The position numbers were made by a program, and so were the translations under genes. 64,000 nucleotides of DNA from the human T2T-CHM13v2.0 reference genome, Homo sapiens: assembly GCF_009914755.1 (NCBI RefSeq), contig NC_060934.1; one strand, given 5' to 3'. A model generated the notes under the pieces. That model saw only the letters and a program-made list of their open reading frames with translations, did no database searches and was not told the origin of the DNA. Below are positions 52,563-64,000 of the stretch, in pieces (the stretch's first letter is position 1; every line of letters starts with the position of its first letter).

Positions 52563-53584
52563 GGTGTGGAGCAGCGGGGGCTGCAGTGAGAGGAGCAGTG
52601 GCCAGACACACCTGTTGGGGTGCAGAAAACCACCAGGTGCACGAGGCACTCCTCCACTGCAGGGCTGCGGCCACTCGGCTGCCTGTGTGCTCTGCCTGTG
52701 GGCATCAGGCTGAGGCCTTTTGTCTCTCCTGGGGAACTTCTGCATTTATCAGTGCCCGAAGGCTGGGACTGTCTGGGGCGGGGCAAGAAGGACTTGCTGG
52801 GATCCCCGCCAGTGGGAGGTCGGCGTGGTTGTTCTGCATCCGCATCTGTGCCTGCCACCCTGTGCACTTGTCCTGCTGTGTTCTTGACTCCCTGAGGTGG
52901 GGGGAGTGTCCATCCTATTTATCTGGCATGTGGGAACCCCAGCTCAGTGCCACTAGCTTTATGCCTCAGGGTTCTCTCCAGGTGGACCCACCCACCAGGT
53001 ATTGGAGATTAATGAATGCATGGGAGAAGCCTGATGTAAGTGCTTATGCCACATGGTCTTGAGATAGTTACTTAATCTTTCTGTTTCCATTTTCTCATCA
53101 GCAAAACAAGGCCAATAACTAAACCCACCTCCCAGGACTGTGGTGAAGATGGAATGAGACCAAGAAGCCAGAGGCTGGGCATGGCACCTGCACGTGGTAC
53201 TTGGTAAGCACCCCCGTATCCTCTAAGGTAGACACATGGTCTGTGTCACAGACAGAGAAGCTGACGCTCCGTGAGCTTTCAGTGGCCCAGGGTCACCACG
53301 CTGGGAAATGGCACAGCCAGGATTTGAACTCAGCTGTTGTGGATTCTGTGCGCCAGTCAGCTGCTGCCTTTATGGTGTCTCCCTTGCCTCTGGGACAAAG
53401 GGAGCAGGAAGCAGCTCCTTCACCTAGCCTGGTCTCCTCTCCTCCAGCAGCAGTCGCCCCTCCCAGGATGTGGTTTCAGGAGCTCACACCTCAGGCAGCC
53501 CTGGAGGGCAGAGGGAGGCAATGAGCACCAAACTTTGCTCAGTAAGTACAGAGCAAGGGGCTACGCCTGTGCCGATGCCACCTG

Positions 53585-53735
53585 TTCATCTGCCCATCTC
53601 CCCCATTTCTCCATCCATCTGTCCACTTGTTCATCTGCCCATCTATCCATCTGCTCATTTGTCTACCCATCTATCTATCCATCCATCTGTCCATCCATCC
53701 ATCCACCCATCTATCCATCCACCCATCTGTCCACC
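53585..53735. repeat. (TCCA)n/(TCTA)n imperfect microsatellite
   Basis: ccatctatctatccatccatctgtccatccatccatccaccc. Confidence 0.85.
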
Positions 53736-54679
53736 TCTCCAGCAAAGAAAAGCAGCCCCTTAAGGGCAAAGCACAACTGCTGGAAACCCTTCAGAGGGCC
53801 TACTGTTCTTGGAATAAAACCCAACTCTGATGTGACTGTGGGCCTCCAGGTCCCTCGGACCACCTCTCCTCCCCCGGCCCATGTCCTGCTGTCAGCCACT
53901 CTAGCACCCTCTCTCCCTCAAGCTCACCCTCTTCCCACCAGAAACTTTGCATTCTCTCAGGTGCTCCAAATGCCCTCCCACCTCCTTGCATGGCTGACTC
54001 CCTCTCATTTAAAGCCTCAGCTCAAATGTACATTACAGAATCCTTCCCTGGGTGAGAGCCTTCGTCAAGGAGCTGCGCCCTCCCACCCAATTAGTCTTAC
54101 ACGACTTTCTCTATAGAACTTATCCTGATTGGAAAGCAGCTTGTTTGTCTGCATACGTGTTTACTGCCTGTCTCTGTGAAAGGAATGTACGACTTATGAA
54201 GGAATGTATGACTGTTCTTCCTGGTGTCCCCAGGTACTAGTCTAGTGCCTGGAAAAGGCTCAGGGTTCAGTGAATGGCAGCAGTCACAGAGGGGGATGTG
54301 GAGGGCTCTGGGAGGTAACAGGCAATCTCTCTTAATTAAAATATCCAGCTTTGATTGAGTGCTCACCATATGCTGGGCATCATCCTAAAAGCTTTCGTGT
54401 TTTATCTCGATGTCCTCACAACCACCTGATATGGTGTTACAATGATGATACCCCATTTACAGATGAGAACACAGAGGCTACAGAAGGTTGAATAATTAGT
54501 CGAAGGTCACATGACTAATAAGATGTATCTTCCCAACTGCCCCCGGTCACCCAAGGGAAATTAGTTGCCAACTGGTGCCTAAAGCACTGGCCACTCACAG
54601 CCCACTCTTAATAGCTGAGGATCTGAATGCCCCAGGCAGTCTGGCTGCAGAGTGGGTGCTCCAGGCTCCATCCCTTGGT

Positions 54680-55245
54680 GGGCAGCCTCTGCAATGGCCC
54701 CCGGTGAACCTCCTCCTGGTAGTCAGACTCTTGTGTAATTACTCCTCGTGAAGGTGGGCAGGACCTAATAACTTGCTTTTAATGAATAGAATGTGGCAAA
54801 AATTGACAGGATGTCACTTCTGAGATTAGGTCACAAAGAGACAGTGGCTTCCCTCTCACATTCCCTCGCTTGTTCTCTGGCTTGCTGGCTGTGTTGAGGC
54901 AGGCTGCCCTGCTGGGAGCTGCCCGAGGCGGAGGCCCACGTGGTGAGAAACTGAGAGAAGCCTCCAGAAACAGCCAGCAAGGGACTGTGGTGGTCTGTCC
55001 AGCAGCCCTCAAGGGACTGTCCCTTACAAATAGCCGTGTGATTCAGCTTGAAGTGGATCTCCCATCAGTCAAGCCTTCAGATGAGCCCACAGTTGCAGCC
55101 AATTCTGTGATGAGCCTGTGAGAGCCCCCAAGCTACAGGATGCAGCCAAGCCACACCCGGATTCCCGACCCACAGAGCTGTGGGATAATAAATGTTTGTG
55201 TTTTAAGCCACTAGGCTTGGGGGGTAATCTATGATGTAGCAAAGG
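54680..55245 (+). mobile_element. MLT1 (MLT1E/F-like) solo LTR
   Basis: gtcacttctgagattagg...aagccttcagatga...cccacagagctgtgggataataaatgtttgtgttttaagccac. Confidence 0.75.
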
Positions 55246-55329
55246 TGATGTATGCAATCCCCATTTTGTCAAAACATAGCCTGAAGCACAACCATCCCCC
55301 TTATGGTCGGTTGTCTTCAGAGGCCTGGA

Positions 55330-55620
55330 CAGTGGGGCTCTGGTGGTATGAGGATATACAATCCTCACATCTCTTCCTGTACCAATAAAGATGGGGACGG
55401 TAATAACATTAAATAACAACAGCAGCCTACTATGCGCCAGTCATGTGCCACATACACGCAATCACATAGACTATGGCATTTTATCCTCTCCATAGCTTGT
55501 GAGATAGGTGTCATGATTCTCATTTTACAGATAAAGAAACTGAGGCTCAGAGAGATGGACTTTGTTGCTCATAGTCACATAGGTAAGAACTGGAAGAGCA
55601 AGAATTCCCAGCCCAGAGCT
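55330..55620. mobile_element. MIR elements (representative; others near 11.8, 21.4, 26.1-26.3, 32.7, 39.85, 48.35, 53.1, 54.4 kb)
   Basis: MIR core cattttacagataaagaaactgaggctcagagag. Confidence 0.75.
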
Positions 55621-58600
55621 GCTGCCTCCAGGGCTGCCTGTTCTGGCCGCTCTCTTCACCTTAGCTGCTGGGACCTGACCTCCTTCTCTAGGATCTTACC
55701 TAAGATCCTTGTCCCCGGGTGCCTGCTGAACAATCGCCTGGTGCCTGCCAGAATATCTGTAGGAAGACAGCCGGTAACACTAGGTAAGGAAGTCTGTACT
55801 GCCGTGTGCCGGTTGCTACTTTATGGAATCCCCCTCCTAGTTCAGTGCAGTAATGGAGGGGGGCTGCATCTTGCCCTATGGAGTTCACAAACCTGGCTGT
55901 GGAGGTGCTGTGTAGTACACCTCTGGAGATTGGGGGGTAGGAACCAAGGTGCCCTAACTGCCACTGGGCCGTGAGCTACTCACACTCGGCTTTCTCAGGT
56001 CCTAGCTCAGAGTGAAATGGGTATACCGGATTCCTTGGGGCTCTGTGCAGGGGGCCCAGGGCCCACTGCTCCATCCCCCAGGGCAGCACTGCACTGGGCC
56101 CTGGACCCTGACTCTCCCAACTGCCCATGGCTGGTCAGGAGAAACTGCATGCTGCTGACCTCCTAGGGGTTTGACACCTCCCACCTGCTCTTAGGTGGTG
56201 ATCATGGGACCTGGACAATCCACTGCCTGCACATACAGGGCTAGGGTCTCCCATGGAAAAATTATCAAAACGGCAAGATGTGCTTACTCAGCTGCAAAAG
56301 CAAAGCCCACTCCTGAAGGAGAGCAGGATCCTGACCTTGTCTCCCCAGGGTAGGCCTTGGGCCACAGCTCTGTCTCCTTGGCATGGGTGAAGAGTAGGTG
56401 GGGTTCTCCAGGGCAGCTGGGCTTTCTGCTTCCTGCCTCCTCCTCAGCAGCGCTCAGCCAGGGATAGGAGGAGGCTGATGACTCACTTCTATGTTTCCAG
56501 AAAGTGTTTTTATTGCCATAAATGCAGAGAGAAAAGGAGATGCAGAAGGCAGAGGGGAAGGAGGGAAGAGGATGTTGAAGAGGGAGTGCCGGTGGTCAGC
56601 GGACGCTGTGTAAGGGGTCGGCTGTTTGAGGCCTCGCAGTGTGCTGCAGTACAAGCTGAGCAGTCTGGGGAGGAAGGAGCCCCTCCAGGAAAACAGCTCT
56701 GGAAAGAAGAGGCAGGGCACTACCGGGGACACAGGAACAAAGCCAAGGAAACCTGTGGTCTCACCATCCACCTGCCCTGTCTTCCAGGTCCCCCTTGGCC
56801 ACAATACCTCAGTCCCAGGTGCAGCTCCTGCCACTCGCAGCAACTGCAAGGCCCAGGGGCTCAATAAACGGACCCCTCTCACTCTGCTCCATCCCCCAGG
56901 GCAGCACTGCAGTGGGCCCTGGGCCCTGACTCTGTCGCTGTCATGGGGTAGGAGAAGGGGGCCATTCCAGGGTCCTCCCAGCAGGCCTGAAGAGATAAAG
57001 GGCAGAATATCAGGAGGGGAGGCGATAGACTGAGAGCAGCAGAAACTTCAGGTGTCCATGGTTCCTCTAGGGCTCTGCCTCTGTCTATCCCTTAGAGTTG
57101 CTGTGTGTGTACTCCAGAGAAAGAGGATGCAGTGCCTCGGGCCGGTCCCCAACTTGCATAAGGCTCCCTGCGGGTAACATCTACCTTGGCCTGTCATCAC
57201 GAGCCCACATGCTCTGTTTTCTGAGAAGAAAGATGTGATCCTGTGGTGAAAGGAGAAAGCTGGCCCGAGCAGGACACGGCCCAGATGAGTCTCCCATTAC
57301 CTACTCTCGCATCCCTGCAGGGACCACGGCAGCCACACTGCATAGCTGTACCAGGGCACCTAGAAACCTGGTGAGTCCCTCTCCTCCTTGGGGTGTGCTG
57401 GCGAACAATGAAGGCCCCTGAACAAAAATACCAGGCACCTGTTGGTCCTCAGAGCCTCCAGGTGCTCCACATGATGGCCCTTCTGGCCCCTTGCCCAAGC
57501 CAGGAGCCAGTGAAGTGAAGTGGCCCACATGTAGAGGAAGCCACCCCAACACCCCCACCAGTCCCAGCACAAGGATTTAGAGCCCTCTGCATCCCCAAGC
57601 AGTGGCCCCGCTGCAGCCTCCCTCTGCCCGGCCCCCTGCCCTATCCTTTGTGGAGTTCTCATACCCGCTCTGCACACAATAGCACCTCTTGATGCGCTAG
57701 AGCCAAAAGTACAATTCTAGCTGGCGTAAGAAGGGCAGCAGCCACAGAGTCCATACTCAACATTTCAGAACCCAAAATGCCCAAACAAGCAGGCAATGAC
57801 AAAAGCCAATCCAATACCAGAAGCAACATCATGACCAAAGCAGGGGAATGGGACACCAGGATACACAAAGGTGATGGAATGACAGGCAGCCATTGAAAGA
57901 GGTGCATACCTATCACTCATTAAAGAAGATCTGGAAAGAAATGAAAAGCAGTTCTATTTTACAGGCTGCCCTAAGACTAGAGATGCAGCCACCGAGACCC
58001 AAGGGGAGCTTCTTGGAGGGACATCTGAGAAAGGCTCCCTCCTGTCTAAGAAGGACTCCACCAAGAGACCCCTCTCCATGGAAGGGGCGTGTCCTGCCTG
58101 TTGGTCGCTTGGTGGTCATCTTGCAGCCACTCCGGCCAGCGAGCAGAGCCAATAGTCCAAAGCGGGTGAAGGGGCAGGGGGAGGCCATGTCCTCATTGAC
58201 AGTGCTGGGGCCCCGAATCACCAGCCCGGGGGGCTGCCTCCCTCTGGGTTTCTTGGTCTGTAAGAATAACATAGCTCCTTTGATTTTGGAAGGTTACATG
58301 GGCTTTCCTGTTTCCTGCAGCTGGAAGCAGGATGGTACAGATGGCGTGAGAGCCACAGGCCGCCCACATAGCTGCACCACCTCCTCCCCAAGCTGCCAGG
58401 CATGGGCAGGCCTCGCTGGCTTGCTGGTGCACACTGGCGGCCTGCAGCTCACCAGTCTAAGGGGAAATCTGAAAAGACACTTGACAAAACTGAACATCCA
58501 TTTTGATAAATATTCTTTGTTAAATGAGAACAGGTGGCTTCTTCACCTGGATATACTCAAAGCCAACACTGCATTCAGTGGAGAGACAATGGCACCATTC

Positions 58601-59126
58601 CCATCAAAGCCAGGAACGATACAGGCACGTCTAATGAAGCCCCTGGTATAGAGCATTTCCCTGGAAGGGTTCACCAACCAGACAAGAGAAAGAATGGAAA
58701 ACTATGAAAGCTGGAGAGGAGGGTGAGCTGTTATTACTCCTGCTGTTAAATTATTTTTCAGGGTACTTGTTTATATGTGTGGAAGTTCTAAGTCAATGAA
58801 CTGAAAACCCATCATAATCAATAAAAGAATCCAGTAAATCAACTGGGTGCGAAATTAATATATAAAAAGAACAATCTATTTGTAAATTAGGAGAAACAGA
58901 AATGCATTCTATGTATATAAGTAGGAAAATAGAGATGCCAGCAGCATAATAGAGATGCCAATTCTCTCTAATTTGGTCTATTAATTTAACACAATATGAA
59001 TAGCATTTCTTTTTAAACCAGATAAGTTGATTCTTAAGGTTCATAAGCAAAAATAGCAAGTGCACTTTTGAAAGAAAACATAGTGAAGTCCGACCAGCCC
59101 AACCAATTATTAAAAGAGAGTATAGA

Positions 59127-59441
59127 GGCTAGGCATGGTGGCTCACACCTGTAATCCTAATACTTTGGGAGGCCAAAGTTGGAAGACTGTTTGAGGCTAG
59201 GAGTTCCAGACCAGTCTAGGCAACAGAGCAAGACCCCACCTCTGTAGACAATAATAATTAAAAAATTAGCCACGTGTGGTGGCGCACACCTGTAATCCCA
59301 GCTATGCAGGAGGCTGAGGTAGGAGGGTAACTTGACCTCAGCAGAGCAAGAAGCTGAAATAAGCTGTGATCTGAACTCCAAACTGGGTGACAAAGCAAGA
59401 CTCTATCTCAAAACAAAACAAAACAAAAACAACAACAAAAA
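59127..59441 (+). mobile_element. Alu (AluJ-like, diverged)
   Basis: Alu consensus with (CAAAA)n tail. Confidence 0.9.
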
Positions 59442-59675
59442 CCTGAGTAGAGCTACTCAGTAATTAAAACAGCACTGGGTGGCATGACCAGAGAAAGACT
59501 CACACACATATGGGAGTTTGGAATGTTTAAGGAGCTCTTTCAAAGGGGTGAGGACAGGTGGGATTCTCTAATAAATGGGATAGGGACAATGGGAGAGCCA
59601 CATGAGGAAAAATCAAGCTGAATCCTTATGTCACACCTTACAACCAAATAAAAATACACAATAGATCAAAGATTA

Positions 59676-59981
<306 letters not shown>

Positions 59982-62900
59982 TTAAAGTTGAAAAATGAAA
60001 CTATAAAAGTGCCAGGCTCAACCATGGGAGAAATTTTGTATAAAATTTTGGAGAAGGCCTAAGTATGACTCAAAAACAAGAGACCACAAAAGAAAATGTA
60101 ACTACATGAAAGTTAAAAATAGTTGCAAGGCAAAGAAAAGAAAGTGAAAAGACAAATGGCAAAAGGAGAGGGCCCAGCTACATATCCATAAAATGGGATG
60201 CTTTGCAGGTATTAAAAAATGAGGGTGTACTTTATGCCCAGATTTGTTTGAATATGTACAAAGTATCTCTGGACAGAGAAAGAGAACAGTGGCTTTTTCT
60301 GGGGATGAAGGTGAGTGGCTGGAAGGCAGGGAAACAGGGAGACTGGCTTGTGCCTTCTGATAGTTGTACTATTTGTTACCTATTTTAAAAAACAAATGAA
60401 AATGAGGTTTAATATAAAGTGACAGGTGAAATGAGCCTTCTCACACCACGTGTTCCAGGTGTGTGGGTAAGGCCAGTGCAGGGCCCCTGAGGCCTCCCCA
60501 TGGGAGGTGCTCTTGGCTGGTTTACCAGCATCTCAAGGGAGGGGTTGCAGCTGAAGGCATACACCTGATGGGGATGGTGAGGAAAGTGGGCAGACCTTCG
60601 AGCTGTTGCTAGAAGTAGATTTTGGTTTTGACAATCTCTTTGGAAGAATAATTTGAGATATATCAACATTTTAAATGACCCAGCAATCTATTCCTAGAAA
60701 TTTACTCTTCAGATAAATTTGTACACGTGCATAAAAAGTTAGTAAACATAACTGGGAACAACTTAACCTTTCATCAAATTAAATAATGTATTGATTAAAT
60801 TATGTACATCCAAAAAAAAAAAAAGAAGGTGGTGAAACTGTGTGAAGTGATACGGGATGCTCCGTTACTATGTGGAAAAAGTAAATGGATGATATATACT
60901 CAGAGGTGCATAGATCTGCATGCCTATTTCTGGAAGGAGGAGCTGGATACTGGGCCCCAGGCTAGCTCCCAGAAGAGAAGGGAGGGTCTCAGGAGCAGGG
61001 GAGGAGCAGCTTCCTCTCAGGAGAGGCTCTGAAGTGCTGGCATTGGATTCTCACAGGCACAGATGACTGTCTTGATTGAAGATTGTGTTTATTTTCATTG
61101 CTGAGAGAGTCAGGAACTTGTGTTTGGTGCTGGAGAAGTTAAGCCAGCCCTGTGTTTTGAGTACTTTTAATTTAGGAAAATGCCCCAAATGTCCTCCAAA
61201 TGGTTTCAGCTCTGTTCCCCTTTCACTAGCTTATAATCATAGCAGAGTTTCACTTCTTAAAACCAGCCTCTCCCTAAGAATCTTCCTTTGTGATTCTGGG
61301 GATGCTGGGGCTTTTAGGGGATCAGTGTGTGATCTTGCCCTGGGCAGTACCTCGTGGGGGAAGGAGGACTCTGATTTTTCTCCCAGGGACAATTGCAGAA
61401 GTGAAGAGTGTGGGAACAGCTGGGGAATGCCCAGGCACTGCCAAGGGGTGGTCTCTGCAGTGCAGTCAGAACTTTCCCTTCTCCATTGAGAATCTTACAT
61501 CATGGCCTTACCCTGTTGTCTTCAGGACACGTCCCAGTTTGCTGCTTCCCACTGGGCTCCTGCTTGATGAGCGGAGAGCACCTTTCCAGCCCCAGCCAGC
61601 TCTCCCCATCTCACCGGACACTCCAGGTGCCCTGCCCTCTTGCTTATTGCCAGGAAGCACCACATTCTTCATGCCTCCAGGTGTTTGCACATGCTGGTGC
61701 CTTTCCCACCTGGCCACCTGGCAAACTCCTACTCATTCATCAAGACCCAGCTCAAATATCCCTACTTCTCCCTCACCTTCCCCAACCGTTGCCCTTCATC
61801 CACTCCCAAATTTCCATATCCCATTCTTCCTCCCATAAATATTTATTGATGGTCTACCATGTGCCAGACACTGTGCCACATACTGGGGACACAGCAGTGA
61901 CAAAAGCAAGAGTCTCTGCCTCTCAGAGAGTGGCCCGGTAGCGGAGACAGGCATTAACCAACATCATCAACAAACTCAAAGCAGTCAATGCTAGGAAGGA
62001 TCCCGGGGGCCTACTGGGGTCAGGGATAAAGGCATAAATTCAGAACAGCATCCTCTCAGCCACCTCCACCCACGGCTTGGGCTCGCCTGGCTCTGAGGCT
62101 GATTGGACGAGGCCCCCTCGTCTCCTGACCTTGGAGAAGCCAGGACTTGGCCAGGCCTCCGCAGTAAGAATGCATGGCTGAGACTGGAAAACACCAAGGA
62201 ACGTGGTGCCATCACCAATGTAAAAATATTTGGAGGGAGAAGAAAATAAGTTAAAACAGCAGCATGTTAAATGGAATATGTTAACTGTCAGCTGAAGACC
62301 ATGTTCCGAAATGTTCAAGAGAGGGGTTGTGGGGACGAATGGTGGCCTGGTGGCTGATGTAACTGATGCTGAGTGACCTGGAGGGAATAACGGATGGCTC
62401 AACTCATTATTCTAAGGAACAAAAAAGGAACTAACATTTATGAGGCACCTACTCAGTGCCAGCTTCCAGTGTCAACCTGTCCAGTGACTCTGTGGAGGGG
62501 AGGGCTATTTATTTCTACATTGGTATAAACGATGTCAGTCTCAGAGATTAATGAGGCCCCACACCTGCTGCTGCGGCTACTGCTGCTACCGTCACTGGCA
62601 CCACCACCCTGCTAACACCACGTACATGCTTTGTGAAGCTCCTCTCCCAGCAACTCTGGGAAGTACAGGCTATTATCCCGCTGTCCTTCCCTACCATCCC
62701 ATGGTGCCGGGAGAAGCCCAGGCCACTGGGTGAACCTCCCAAGTCCAGGAGGCTGGTAAGTGATGGAACTGCAATGTGCATCGATGTCCCCTCCTCAGCC
62801 CAAGTCCTGCTGGCACCTACCTGGAGTGCCCCTTCCGGGCCTCCTGGGGTATGAGTGGTGCCTGCACCTCCCCTAACTCCTGCTGGAGTGCTCTGCTATG

Positions 62901-64000
62901 AGTGAACACATCAACATTTGCTAAATGAGTAACTCCGAGCAATGTGGCCTAATAGGAAGCAGATATGAACCCCGGCTGGCCTGTGCCTTTCTCTACTTTG
63001 GGTTGCTATTGAGAACGTTTTCCCCCAACTAACAGTGTGTCTTAACCTGGGTTCCCTAAAATCAAAGCCTGAGGAAAAGGTTATTGTTCAGGAAGCTATC
63101 CCAGGGAGAAGTGCGGGATGGGGAAGGAGGGATGGGAAGGAGGGAGAGCCCCACAGGGAAGCTGGATAAGCTGCCTGCTGCCCTGGGGGCCTGGGGACTC
63201 CATTTGGCCTCATGAAATGTGTGTCAGGACTGCCAGTCCTGGGATGAAAAGGGGAGGAAGGATCCCCTGGCTCCAGTCATCCAATGGCCAAGGGTGATCC
63301 CTGGAACCTTAGCTCCCCACTCTCCAGAGGGCTGGACCCATGCAGGAAACCTGAAGGGCAGGGAGGCTGATTCTTCCAGTGAGACCACAGGTACTTCCCA
63401 AGACTCTGGTGTGTGCAGGATGCTGTGCTTGACATATGGGGTGGCCTGGATGGGGTGTGTGGGTGAACAAGGGAGACAAGGCCCCCGCTCTCCTGGAGAA
63501 CCAGCCAAAGGACAGGGAGCCAACCAAGGTGGCAGGGAGAGCTCAGATGGATGGGATAACAGAAATGGGGTGGGTCAGGAAAAGCCACTCTGGGGAGGGG
63601 ATCCTCTGGCTGAGAACTCAGGAACAGCAGGGGCTGGCTTTCTTGCACAGATCTGGTCTGGGCACAAAAGGATGAGCAGGGGAGGCGGTTGGCAGATGGA
63701 CAGGAGAACTGCAAAGGCCCCGAGGTGGGAAAACTCCTGAGCTCTTCTGTGGGGCTCCGTGGGCTGAGGAGGGCAGGAGTGGGTCAGGAGCTTAGATAGG
63801 AAGTTCTGGCAGGTGTCCAGGGGAGGGAAGCAGAGGCTGGGGCCACATGGGCTGGGATGCAGGTGGTGACAGGCACCCAGGCTCAGTGCCTATCTGGATC
63901 TGAGACTCAGCAGAACTTGCTCATAAGTTGGGGGTGAGCTGAGAGAGGGGGTGGGAAGAGTCCCGGTAGTGATGAATTGAGAGGAAATTTGAGAGCATGG

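Noticed and set aside
53337-54116. 259-aa ORF
   Set aside because: Runs through a (TCCA)n microsatellite and L2 sequence, which are stop-poor.
57893-58651. 252-aa ORF with faint reverse-transcriptase-like tail
   Set aside because: The tail is a decayed L1 ORF2 remnant; the start is TTG and the rest has no recognisable homology.

Overview
Human (primate) genomic DNA containing the 3' part of ARHGAP22 (Rac-specific RhoGAP, FilGAP/ARHGAP24 family) on the minus strand. Seven coding exons (exons 4-10 in the canonical numbering as I recall it) were placed by hand with GT-AG boundaries and consistent phases. They encode the end of the PH domain, the whole RhoGAP domain, a Ser/Pro/Gly-rich linker and the C-terminal coiled coil, followed by a ~350 nt 3'UTR with an ATTAAA signal. 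Exons 1-3 lie beyond the right end of the window. The rest is intron or intergenic DNA full of Alu, L1, L2, MIR, MLT1 and DNA-transposon fossils, including a MER85 piggyBac MITE and a half MADE1. I see no wholly new biological system. The most interesting signal is a set of alternative in-frame entry points into the gene: (i) an intronic CpG island at ~25.3-26.0 kb with a strong-Kozak ATG and a phase-matched donor, predicting a PH-less GAP with an MG-/Cys-rich N-terminus; (ii) a basic alternative first exon at ~52.5 kb; (iii) a 48-nt alternative donor on exon 4; (iv) a minisatellite-derived ATG that reads through intron 8 into exon 9, predicting a GAP-less protein. Repeat subfamily names and isoform recollections are from memory and were not database-checked.
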